Shown here piece by piece: positions 1 through 8,508 of a stretch of DNA of 36,166 nucleotides. The stretch's first letter is position 1, and each line of letters opens with the position of its first letter. The notes beneath the pieces were generated by a model. That model had not been told where the DNA came from and did not search any database. It worked only from the letters and a program-made list of their open reading frames with translations. The stretch comes from Thermodesulfovibrionales bacterium (GTDB lineage Bacteria; Nitrospirota; Thermodesulfovibrionia; Thermodesulfovibrionales; UBA6898). Location: the NCBI GenBank assembly GCA_044450345.1, contig JBIOIY010000031.1, forward strand, positions 1 through 36,166, given 5' to 3'. Position numbers and translations under genes: made by a program.

Positions 1-139
1 AAGGAACGGTGTGCTATCCGGCGAATGCCTCGCCGCGAAAACCAATGGTAAGCCGTGTGCGGGAAATCCGCACGCACGGTTTGAAAGGGGGACTTGGGAA
101 CGGAGCGGTTTAACCGCCACCGCACCAGATTCTACCAAT
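1..139 (+). mobile_element. Group II intron, 3' end (domains V and VI); the 5' part lies outside the window
   Basis: Canonical DV AAGCCGTGTGCGG-GAAA-TCCGCACGCACGGTTT (50-82) with AGC triad (51-53), GAAA tetraloop and AC bulge. A DVI hairpin (87-136) with bulged A134 follows, ending ...CTACCAAT (AY 3' end at 139; 142 is an alternative in the same phase). Confidence 0.93.
3..113 (+). CDS. C-terminal fragment of the intron-encoded reverse transcriptase/maturase (partial)
   Basis: Frame 3 reads GTVCYPANASPRKPMVSRVREIRTHGLKGGLGNGAV* (TAA 111-113). This resembles C-termini of endonuclease-less intron RTs that read through DV. The RT motifs themselves are outside the window. Confidence 0.65.
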   Translation, partial: GTVCYPANASPRKPMVSRVREIRTHGLKGGLGNGAV

Positions 140-430
140 GATGTCACAACGGCCTGCAATGCAAAAAGGGGACTGGAAATATTCGAGCAGCAAAAAAATG
201 GGATTGCGGCTGTCGTTCTCGATGTGCTTATGCCAGATATGGACGGCAGGAGACTCTTTGGAAAAATTAGAGAACTCGATGAAAGCATGCTGGTTGTTCT
301 TTACTCCAATTACGGATACACGGATATGCTTGCCGAATGGGGAGTACCAAAAGACACGCCCTATGTAATCAAAGGGAACGAGCACGAGCTTGTTGATATC
401 ATAAGAAATGCACAGCAGAAAAAGGAATGA
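140..430 (+). CDS. 3' exon of an intron-interrupted response regulator receiver (REC) domain protein
   Basis: DVTTACNAKRGLEIF..VVLDVLMPDMDG..VVLYSNY..YVIKG shows the phospho-acceptor Asp and the conserved Ser and Lys. The N-terminal beta1/acidic pocket is missing and replaced by intron sequence in ORF 11..430. Confidence 0.85.
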   Translation, partial: DVTTACNAKRGLEIFEQQKNGIAAVVLDVLMPDMDGRRLFGKIRELDESMLVVLYSNYGYTDMLAEWGVPKDTPYVIKGNEHELVDIIRNAQQKKE

Positions 431-725
431 CTGCTCACGAGGGCCATATGCCCAAATCATAACTATGTAGATAAAGTGGGCACTGATAGGAACACATCTT
501 TCAACCGGAAAACGTGAATCATTTCGACGCGTCAGAAATATCACTTGGTGGCCGTACTTTTCACTATCAGTTTTCTACTAAAGTGTCTTATTCTGGGTGA
601 ACTCCTGATAGAGTTTCGGTTCCTTGAAAGTATCGGTTGGCCGGTGTCAGTCGTATTGAACAATTTGAAAAGGGAAGGGTTCTTTTCTAAGTGAAGGGCC
701 TGAAAGTACCGGGTGCGGCGGATCG

Positions 726-1859
726 TCAGGGCGCTTTGCGTCTGAGCTCGTCCGTGGCAGCGGCGATTATTCCTGCCGCACTGATAATTTCCTCTTCGGT
801 ATTGTCTTTTCCGACGCTGAGCCGCACTGAAGAGAGTGCGGCCTCATCGGACAGGCCCATATTCTTAAGTACCGTGGAGGGGACCTGCCCCCCTGAGTGG
901 CAGGCGGAACCGGTTGAAATGGCGACCTGGTCTTTTATCCTTTCGACTAGTTCATACGAAGATATACCCGGGATCGTGATGTTCGCCGTATTCGGAAGTC
1001 GGCGGGTCTTATGGCCGTTGAGCGTCATTCCCGGAATAAGGGGATGCAGGGTATCCAGTAGAAGGTCCCTCAGCCGGAGCGTGTGGACTACGCGCAATTT
1101 GATGTCTCTTTTCCCTATACTGCATGCCTTGCCTATCCCCACGATACCGGCCACGTTTTCAGTACCGGGCCTCAATCCTCTTTCATGTCCCGCCCCGAAG
1201 AGAAGAGGAAGGATGTGTGCGCCGGTCTTTACATACAGGGCGCCCACGCCCTTCGGGCCGTAAAATTTGTGTGCGGCGACGGTCATGAAATCTATTGCAG
1301 AGCCTGCAAGGCTGAACTGCATCTTCCCCACGGACTGCGCTGCGTCGGTGTGAAACGCGGCCCCGTGCGCTTTTGCGATCGCGCCGATCTCTTCAATCGG
1401 CTGAAGAATGCCGGTCTCATTGTTTGCGTGCATGACGGATATGAGGAAGGTGTCTTTCTTTAAGGACCGCTTTACTCCCTCCACGTCGACTATCCCGTCG
1501 CGGTCGACGGCAGCGTAAGTGACGTCGAACCCGAGAGATTCGAGGTGGCGGCAGGTATTGAGGACGGACGGATGCTCAACCGAGGACGTGAGGATATGTC
1601 CCTTTCTGTGAAACATTGCGCTGCCGATCAGTGCGAGGTTGTTTGCTTCGGTGCCGCCCGAGGTAAAATACACTTCGTCGGCGCCGCAACCGAGGAAGTC
1701 CGCAACTTCCCTCCGGGCATTCTCCACCGCTTCCCTCGCCTTTCTGCCTGCGAGGTGGCTGCTGGAAGGGTTCCCGAAATCACGCTTAAGCGAAGAGAAG
1801 ACCGCATCCGACACTTCCGGGTCGACCGGCGTCGTGGCGTTGTTGTCGAGATAGATCAT
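726..1859 (-). CDS. iscS: Cysteine desulfurase, IscS/NifS family
   Basis: MIYLDNNATT start, GNPSS, FTSGGTEANN, PLP lysine motif HKFYGPKG, catalytic GSAC. Confidence 0.93.
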   Translation of the reverse strand: MIYLDNNATTPVDPEVSDAVFSSLKRDFGNPSSSHLAGRKAREAVENARREVADFLGCGADEVYFTSGGTEANNLALIGSAMFHRKGHILTSSVEHPSVLNTCRHLESLGFDVTYAAVDRDGIVDVEGVKRSLKKDTFLISVMHANNETGILQPIEEIGAIAKAHGAAFHTDAAQSVGKMQFSLAGSAIDFMTVAAHKFYGPKGVGALYVKTGAHILPLLFGAGHERGLRPGTENVAGIVGIGKACSIGKRDIKLRVVHTLRLRDLLLDTLHPLIPGMTLNGHKTRRLPNTANITIPGISSYELVERIKDQVAISTGSACHSGGQVPSTVLKNMGLSDEAALSSVRLSVGKDNTEEEIISAAGIIAAATDELRRKAP

Positions 1860-2063
1860 TCTGGAAGTAATTATATCACGATGACTGTCATGATTGGAAT
1901 TTCAGATATGAAATGAAACCTCCCTTGCGATAGAAGAGAGCCCGCTGACAGTTAGATATCCTTGATATACATTGTAATGGGGGCGAAAATGCCACGAGAT
2001 AGTTGGTGTTTAGAGTGCGCCGTGCTTCATAATTTGTAGTTTTAGGAATATAATGTAGCTGTC

Positions 2064-3731
2064 ATGAATGATCTGGTGCTGCAATTCAACAGGGGCGGGA
2101 CCTTACTGGATATCAAGGGCGGTTTGAGAGATAGCCTGTTGTCACCCTCCGATGAAAGTGTAGGGAAAAACATCTGCGAGGTAATGCCATCAGACATTGC
2201 GGACCTGATCATGAGCCACGCGGAGAAGGCACTGCAGACCGGAGACCCTCAATGTTTTGAGTACCAGCCCTGGATGAGCGAGTATCACTATGAACTGCGA
2301 TTGGTCGGCGGAGATGACAGGGTATTCGTCATTATCAGCGATATCTCGGATTACAAGCAGACTGCGGAAAAGGTCAAATATCTTGCGCATCATGACACCT
2401 TGACCGGCCTGCCGAATCGTTACCTGTTTCATGATCGGCTGAGGCAGGCAATAGCGTATGCCGAACGCGAAAATCAGTTCCTGGCAGTATTGTTTCTCGA
2501 TATAGATAATTTCAAGCACATAAATGACACCATCGGGCACCGGGCAGGGGACCAGCTGTTGCAAGGCATCGCTTCCAGACTACTGTTCGGTATCCGTAAA
2601 GCAGACAGTATCTCCCGGATATCGACAGAAGATACGGAACATATGGTGGCCCGTCTTGGTGGTGATGAGTTCACTATGCTGCTTACCGATACTAAAAATG
2701 TTCAGGCCCCGGCAACGGCGGCCCAGCGTATTCTCACCATGCTCTCGGAGCCTTTTGTCATCGGTGCGCAGGAGGTATTTATTACGGCAAGTGTGGGCAT
2801 AGCCGTATATCCCCTTGACGGCAAAGATATCGACACGCTGCTCATAAATGCCGACGTGGCAATGTATCAGGCCAAGAATAATGGAAGAAATAACTATCAA
2901 TATTATTCTGAGTCCATGAATGCCCTCAGGGCCGAGAGATTTACCGTAGAGAATAAATTGCGGAAGGCACTGGACCAGAATGAATTTATGTTGTTCTACC
3001 AACCGCAGATAGACATTTCTACGGGGAAAATAATTGGCGTAGAAGCACTGATACGCTGGTTGCAGCCGGACTTGGTATTGATCAAGCCGGGTGAGTTCAT
3101 TCCTCTTGCCGAGGAGACAGGACTTATTATCCCCATTGGTGAATGGGTACTACGTACCGCGTGCGCCGAAAATAGGGCCTGGCAAAAAGAGGGGCTTCAG
3201 CCGATCCGTATGACCGTCAATGTGTCAAGCATCCAGTTCAGACAGGACAACTTTGTCGAAACCGTGACCGGCATACTGCACGACACGGGCCTGGACCCGC
3301 AATATCTGCAATTGGAACTCACCGAGAGTACGATCATGCAGGATTCCCAAAATACGATTAAGAAGTTGCATTCTCTGCAGTCTATCGGAATACAAGTCGC
3401 CATTGATGATTTCGGCACCGGGTATTCCTCCCTGAGTTATCTGAAACGGTTCCCCCTGTCGACGTTAAAGATCGACTACTCTTTTGTGAGGGATATCGTC
3501 ACAAGCCTTACGGACCAGGCAATAGTCAACGCTATTATCAGCCTGGCGCACAATTTTAACTTAAAGGTGGTTGCCGAAGGCGTCGAAAAAAGGAAACAGC
3601 TGAGTTTTCTGCGTGACTGCGGATGTGAAGGGGCGCAAGGTTACTTAATCTGCCCGCCGGTAAACACAGTCGTTCTGGCGGAGTTCATCAAGAAAGAAAG
3701 GTATCGGGGAGTATTGCGACATACACCCTAG
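2064..3731 (+). CDS. PAS-GGDEF-EAL diguanylate cyclase/phosphodiesterase
   Basis: HDTLTGLPNR, intact GGDEF, EAL (VEALIRW) and DDFGTGYSSLSYL motifs; N-terminal PAS-like segment. Confidence 0.95.
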   Translation: MNDLVLQFNRGGTLLDIKGGLRDSLLSPSDESVGKNICEVMPSDIADLIMSHAEKALQTGDPQCFEYQPWMSEYHYELRLVGGDDRVFVIISDISDYKQTAEKVKYLAHHDTLTGLPNRYLFHDRLRQAIAYAERENQFLAVLFLDIDNFKHINDTIGHRAGDQLLQGIASRLLFGIRKADSISRISTEDTEHMVARLGGDEFTMLLTDTKNVQAPATAAQRILTMLSEPFVIGAQEVFITASVGIAVYPLDGKDIDTLLINADVAMYQAKNNGRNNYQYYSESMNALRAERFTVENKLRKALDQNEFMLFYQPQIDISTGKIIGVEALIRWLQPDLVLIKPGEFIPLAEETGLIIPIGEWVLRTACAENRAWQKEGLQPIRMTVNVSSIQFRQDNFVETVTGILHDTGLDPQYLQLELTESTIMQDSQNTIKKLHSLQSIGIQVAIDDFGTGYSSLSYLKRFPLSTLKIDYSFVRDIVTSLTDQAIVNAIISLAHNFNLKVVAEGVEKRKQLSFLRDCGCEGAQGYLICPPVNTVVLAEFIKKERYRGVLRHTP

Positions 3732-3741
3732 CTCATTCGGC

Positions 3742-4638
3742 TCACGACATGTCCCTGTGTATCACATTTACCCCGAGTTTTTCTTTCCCGACAAGCCTTG
3801 CGATTTCCTCGACTATCGCCGGAGAGCGGTGGTTCCCGCCCGTGCACCCGATTGCGACCGAGAGATAGGCCCTCCCTTCCCTGCGATAGCGTGGCAGGAG
3901 AAAGGCGAGCAAGTCGTTGGCCTTCTTCAGGAATGCCTTCGCATCGGAATTGTTCAAGACGTATTCAGCGGTCAGTCTGTCGGTCCCATTGCGGTGTTTC
4001 AGCGCGGGGACGAAGAAAGGATTGGGAAGGAACCTGACGTCGAACAGGAGATCGATGTTCTGCGGAACGCCGTATTTGAACCCGAAAGAAATCAGGGTGA
4101 CGGTCATGTCCTGGGTATCCCCTCCACCTTTGGAATATAAGGAGGTGATGAGACCTCTGAGCTGGTGGGGCGAGTATGAGGACGTATCAATCACGCGGTC
4201 GGCATTTTGTTTGAGCGGCTCCAGTCCCAGCTTCTCCGCCTGAATCGCGGTCTCCAGATCTCCGCCGAGGGGGTGCGGCCTGCGGGTTTCCTTGAACCTT
4301 CTTATCAATACCTGTGTTTCGGCTTCGAGAAATAGTATCTCAAGTCTGTATCTCCCCCTCAGCGTAGCAAGGACTTTATCGATGCCCGGCAAAGACTCCT
4401 TTTCGCGGATGTCGACCCCTACGGCTATGTCCCCGTCCCCGGGATGGCGCGAAACCCTTGAAACCAGTGAATCAATGAGCGAGACGGGCAGATTGTCCAC
4501 GCAGAAAAATTGCATGTCTTCAACCGCCCGCAGGGCGACTGTCTTGCCGGATCCTGAAAGACCCGATATGATGACAACCCGGGGGAATTTTTTCTTCCCC
4601 CGGGTGCGGACGGGTCCCTTGCCGAGTGGTTTCTTCAC
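3742..4638 (-). CDS. rapZ: RNase adapter / nucleotide-binding protein RapZ (YvcJ family)
   Basis: GLSGSGKT P-loop, DNLP, ETRRPHPL, SFGFKYG, DVRFLPNP, GCTGGNHRS; lies downstream of rpoN-hpf. Confidence 0.95.
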   Translation of the reverse strand: MKKPLGKGPVRTRGKKKFPRVVIISGLSGSGKTVALRAVEDMQFFCVDNLPVSLIDSLVSRVSRHPGDGDIAVGVDIREKESLPGIDKVLATLRGRYRLEILFLEAETQVLIRRFKETRRPHPLGGDLETAIQAEKLGLEPLKQNADRVIDTSSYSPHQLRGLITSLYSKGGGDTQDMTVTLISFGFKYGVPQNIDLLFDVRFLPNPFFVPALKHRNGTDRLTAEYVLNNSDAKAFLKKANDLLAFLLPRYRREGRAYLSVAIGCTGGNHRSPAIVEEIARLVGKEKLGVNVIHRDMS

Positions 4639-4712
4639 AGAAGACTTCGGACGTTCTCCAAAGTGGATGACAGATGTTCCGCCGGCATTATTTCCCCACG
4701 GCCCGTCTGTCC

Positions 4713-5237
4713 TTATTTGACGGGCTCAATCAGTCCGAAATTCCCGTCGCGTCTTCTGTAAATGACATTGACGTCTTCACTGATATCATTTATGAAAACG
4801 AAGAAGTCCTTGTCGAGCAGTTCCATTTGCATGGCCGCCTCGTCCGGGCTCATCGGTTTCAGTTCGAACCGCTTGTTCTTTATGATCGTTCCGGTTTCGG
4901 GCGCGGCCGATATCTCGGCTGCCCCGGCGGTCCTGGCGCCGCCCTTTCTGTGGGCGACGAGTTTTTCCTTATATTTTTTGACGCGCCTTTCGAGTTTTTC
5001 GACGACCTCGTCTATAGAGGAATATATTTCGCCCGTCACCCCTTCAGCCTGTATGAGCACTCCATTGGCCCTAAGCAGGACGTCCGCCTTGTGCCTGTAT
5101 TTTTTCTCTATGCTCAGCGTGACGACAGCCTCTGATATATCGGAAAGATAACGCCCGAATTTGCCCACTTTTTCTTCCGCGTAGGTCTTTAATGCCGGTG
5201 TGATCTCCAGATGTCTGCCGCTAACGATGATATTCAT
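4713..5237 (-). CDS. hpf: Ribosome hibernation promoting factor, long HPF (RaiA family)
   Basis: MNIIVSGRHLEITPALK..YSSID..KPMSPDEAAMQMELL..YRRRDGNFGLIEP; start re-called at ATG 5237 after an AAGGAGG RBS. Confidence 0.95.
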   Translation of the reverse strand: MNIIVSGRHLEITPALKTYAEEKVGKFGRYLSDISEAVVTLSIEKKYRHKADVLLRANGVLIQAEGVTGEIYSSIDEVVEKLERRVKKYKEKLVAHRKGGARTAGAAEISAAPETGTIIKNKRFELKPMSPDEAAMQMELLDKDFFVFINDISEDVNVIYRRRDGNFGLIEPVK

Positions 5238-5275
5238 ATTTTCCTCCTTTTTCATAACGGTGCCTCGCTGAACCG

Positions 5276-6718
5276 TCATCTCTTTCGTTGACTCTGAGAC
5301 GGGATCTTCAGTTCTTCCCTGTATTTTGCGATCGTCCTCCTTGCAATATTGATGTTCTGACTCTTAAAAATGTCTACGATGCTCATGTCGCTGAGAGGTT
5401 TCGCGGGGTCCTCTTCCGCGATTATTTTTTTCACCATCTCCTTTACTGTTGTTGCCGATATTTCCCCTGAATCGCTGGGGATCGCGTTGCTGAAAAAGAA
5501 CCGGAAGCCGTATATCCCGCGCGGGCAGGAAAGGTATTTATTCGAAGTGACCCTGCTGATTGTGCTTTCATGGAGGCCCAGTTCCGTCGCGATGTCCTTA
5601 AGGTTCAGAGGTTTGAGAAAGTTCACCCCCTTGTCAAAAAAGTCCTTCTGGAAATTGAGTATGCACTCGGTGACACGGTATATGGTCTTGTTCCTCTGGT
5701 CAAGGCTCTTCATCAGCCAGATGGCAGAGCGGAGCTTGTCTTCCAGAAACTGCCTGTCCTCCTTAGGTATGGAGCTCTTATGGCTCAGGAGCCGCTGGTA
5801 ATATGAACTGATCCTCAGCCTGGGGAGCCCTTCGTCGTTCAGGACGATCTGGTACCCGCTGTCTGTCTTTACGATGTACACGTCAGGAGTGATATAATTG
5901 ACGGCAGAGGACGAGAAGTGGCTGCCGGGCTTCGGGTCGAGGCCCTCGATGATCTTGACCGCCGCCATAATGTCATCAACGGGCACATTGTAAATCTTGG
6001 CCAGCTGCGGGTACTTTCTTTTGCCGAGAAGGTCAAGGTTTTTTGTGACCAGATTTTCGACCAGCGTCCCTTCAAGGTGGAGCGCCCTGAGCTGCAACTG
6101 CAAACATTCCCTGATGTCCCTTGCTGCGATCCCGGGGGGGTCGAAGCTCTGGACGAGCCTCACCGCGCGTTCTACTGTTCCTATGTCGGCGTTGGCAACT
6201 TCCGCAATTTCTTCATTCGTGACTTTAAGGTAGCCGTTTTCGTCTATGTTGCCGACAATAATCTCTCCGATGCTCCTGACGACTTCGTCTTCTTTTGAAA
6301 GGCGAAGCTGCCAGATCAGATGATCGAAGAGGTCCGGCGCTGTGGTAAGAAAGTACTCGAAGGAGGGCTGGGTGACATTGCCGGGCGTAAAATACCCGAG
6401 GTCTCTTCCGTCATAACTCCGTTCATCGAAATAGTCGTCTGTCGAAGAGTACCCCATCAGCTTTTCGAGGGGTATTTCAGAGTCGTCGCGCTCTCCGGGT
6501 TCGTCAGGCTCCGCCGATTCCCTCTCTTCCTTTGTCAATTCCTCTTTCGAAACGACATCGGTGAGCTCCTCGAGAAAAGGGTTTTCCACCAGTTCCTGGG
6601 TGAGAGTCTGGGACAGCTCAAGCTGGGGCATCTGCAGCAGCTTGATCGCCATCTGCAACTGGGGTGTCAGCACCAGCTTTTGGGAAAGTTTTAATTCAAG
6701 ACGACCTTCTAGCGCCAT
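5276..6718 (-). CDS. rpoN: RNA polymerase sigma-54 factor
   Basis: Region I LTPQLQMAIKLLQM, HTH LHESTISR, RpoN box ARRTIAKYRE. Confidence 0.98.
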   Translation of the reverse strand: MALEGRLELKLSQKLVLTPQLQMAIKLLQMPQLELSQTLTQELVENPFLEELTDVVSKEELTKEERESAEPDEPGERDDSEIPLEKLMGYSSTDDYFDERSYDGRDLGYFTPGNVTQPSFEYFLTTAPDLFDHLIWQLRLSKEDEVVRSIGEIIVGNIDENGYLKVTNEEIAEVANADIGTVERAVRLVQSFDPPGIAARDIRECLQLQLRALHLEGTLVENLVTKNLDLLGKRKYPQLAKIYNVPVDDIMAAVKIIEGLDPKPGSHFSSSAVNYITPDVYIVKTDSGYQIVLNDEGLPRLRISSYYQRLLSHKSSIPKEDRQFLEDKLRSAIWLMKSLDQRNKTIYRVTECILNFQKDFFDKGVNFLKPLNLKDIATELGLHESTISRVTSNKYLSCPRGIYGFRFFFSNAIPSDSGEISATTVKEMVKKIIAEEDPAKPLSDMSIVDIFKSQNINIARRTIAKYREELKIPSQSQRKR

Positions 6719-7441
6719 CTAGAGCCTGAACTCCTCACCCAGATATACCTCTTTTACCCTCGGGTCCGCGATCAGTTTTTCAGGTGTGCCCTCATTGAGG
6801 ATCTCACCGTTATTGATGATATAGGCCCTGTCGGTGATCGAAAGGGTGTCTCTCACGTTATGGTCGGTTATGATAATCCCGAGCCCCTTTGATTTCAAAT
6901 ACACCAGCATCTTCTTCAGGTCGATGATCGCAAGGGGATCGATGCCCGCAAAGGGCTCATCGAAGAGGATGAAGATCGGTTTCGTAGCAAGCGCCCTCGC
7001 AATCTCCGCCCGTCTCCGTTCTCCCCCGGAGAGCCTGTAACCGTTCCTCTGGGAAAACTCTTCCAGATTGAATTCCTTGAGCAGACGCGAGACCTCGGCA
7101 TCTATATCAGCCGTAGAAAGCCCTTTGATTTCGAGTACCGCCCTGAGGTTGTCTTCGACTGAAAGTTTCCTGAAGATTGAAGGCTCCTGGGGGAGATAAC
7201 TCATCCCCATCAAGGCCCTCTTATACATCGGAAGGCCGCTTATGTCTTTCTGGTCCAGAAAAATACTGCCGCAATCGGGCCTGGTGAGTCCCAGGATGCT
7301 GTAAAACGTTGTTGTCTTCCCCGCCCCGTTAGGCCCCAGCAGTCCCACGATTTCCCCCGTCGTCACATGGAGATCGATGTTCCTGATAACCACTTTTTTG
7401 CTGTAGGTCTTGGAGAGGCCCTTTACATCGAGTAGATGCAT
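6719..7441 (-). CDS. lptB: LPS export ABC transporter ATPase
   Basis: GPNGAGKTT, YLPQEPSIFRKL, LSGGERRRAEIAR, DEPFAGIDP, TDHNVR, YLGEEF. Confidence 0.97.
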   Translation of the reverse strand: MHLLDVKGLSKTYSKKVVIRNIDLHVTTGEIVGLLGPNGAGKTTTFYSILGLTRPDCGSIFLDQKDISGLPMYKRALMGMSYLPQEPSIFRKLSVEDNLRAVLEIKGLSTADIDAEVSRLLKEFNLEEFSQRNGYRLSGGERRRAEIARALATKPIFILFDEPFAGIDPLAIIDLKKMLVYLKSKGLGIIITDHNVRDTLSITDRAYIINNGEILNEGTPEKLIADPRVKEVYLGEEFRL

Positions 7442-7911
7442 TAGTTGTCCTTCTTGTTTTTCAGGAATACCTTGCTTTTTTCGACGTAGGAACGGTCCTG
7501 AGATATATAATATGTCATCGTAACGCCGGTCACCACATTTTCGCCGTCCTCGGCCCGGGGCTCGCCGGTGAAGACGACTTTGTCTTCGTCGGCGTAGTAG
7601 GTCGCCATCTGCGAGGTGATCAGGCGGCCGCCCTTCAGGAGCCTGACATTCCCCGTCGACTCTATTTTAGTTACGTCCCCGCTGCCTTCCCTGTAAAAGA
7701 CGAGCATTTTGTCGGCGTAGATGGTCATGTCCGTTGTCTTGGCGACCACCTTTCCCTCAAAGAGCGCGGTATGGGCCTTGTTATCTGAAGTAAGGGTCTC
7801 CGAGGTTATATTGATCGGCCCCTTTACCTGCATCTTTTGCTCCTCCGCCGATGCGCCGGCTGAATACAGCAGGACGGACAGAACGCTAATTATGAAAAAC
7901 TGCTTTAACAT
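7441..7911 (-). CDS. lptA: LPS export periplasmic protein LptA (OstA family)
   Basis: Signal peptide, PINITSETL..FEGKVVA beta-jellyroll pattern; synteny with lptB. Confidence 0.88.
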   Translation of the reverse strand: MLKQFFIISVLSVLLYSAGASAEEQKMQVKGPINITSETLTSDNKAHTALFEGKVVAKTTDMTIYADKMLVFYREGSGDVTKIESTGNVRLLKGGRLITSQMATYYADEDKVVFTGEPRAEDGENVVTGVTMTYYISQDRSYVEKSKVFLKNKKDN

Positions 7912-8398
7912 CTTTTAGTATCCTCACTGTCTGCGCAGTATTGTCGGCTTCCATTCCGGTGCCTTGAACGCTGAATCTCTTGGCATCTATCTTCACCCCG
8001 CCGTCGGCCTTCAGCATGCCGCTTTCGCTGTCGAATCTGGCACCCTCAGAAGTAATAGAGTAGCTGTTTCCTTTGGCCGTAACCTTGCCGTCGACGGAGA
8101 GGTCCCGCGCGGTCATGTCGTATAGCCCCTTATCGGCGTATACAGTAATCCCCTTATTTTCGATATTCATTTCTATTCCCGAGAGATATGCCTTATCTCC
8201 TTTATCGCTTATGTCGGCCTTGCGGGCGGTCAATGTCCAATCCTCTTTACCGTTTTGCCTGTGGACCAACCTCAGGCCCTCGATGTAAGACTCGCCCTTT
8301 TTCAGGGCGTCTGTTTTAGTCCCTCTTTCGCCTTTGATCATATAAAACAGCAAGGAAAACAGCACTACCGAAAGGACGAGTAGCAAGCTTTTCTTCAT
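7886..8398 (-). CDS. lptC: LPS export protein LptC
   Basis: N-terminal TM anchor, WTLTARKA, ADKGLYD, VQGTGMEAD; upstream of lptAB. Confidence 0.85.
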   Translation of the reverse strand: MKKSLLLVLSVVLFSLLFYMIKGERGTKTDALKKGESYIEGLRLVHRQNGKEDWTLTARKADISDKGDKAYLSGIEMNIENKGITVYADKGLYDMTARDLSVDGKVTAKGNSYSITSEGARFDSESGMLKADGGVKIDAKRFSVQGTGMEADNTAQTVRILKDVKAVFHN

Positions 8399-8404
8399 GC
8401 AAAA

Positions 8405-8433
8405 AGTTTATCATATGCCGAGCATTAAGTAAA
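8405..8433 (-). promoter_or_regulatory. Sigma70-type promoter of lptC..rpoN operon (leaderless start)
   Basis: TTTACT-17 nt-TAAACT with extended -10 TG; ATG 6 nt after the -10; no SD. Confidence 0.6.
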
Positions 8434-8434
8434 G

Positions 8435-8451
8435 AGCAAATTGGATGCCAG
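8435..8451 (-). promoter_or_regulatory. Sigma54 (-24/-12) site upstream of the rpoN-containing operon
   Basis: CTGGCATCCAATTTGCT matches the TGGCAC-N5-TTGCW consensus with exact GG-N10-GC spacing. Confidence 0.7.
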
Positions 8452-8508
8452 GTTAAATAATTCCAGGTTTTCCAGGGGCTTGCAGGCGGTAAAACAGTGA
8501 TGCGTTTG

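Noticed and set aside
11..430. 139-aa ORF as a complete protein
   Set aside because: The first 43 codons are group II intron sequence (RT tail region, DV, DVI); only 140-430 is receiver-domain coding.
575..610. Possible dif/att-like site
   Set aside because: It does not match the XerD arm TTATGTTAAAT and has no partner repeat in the window.
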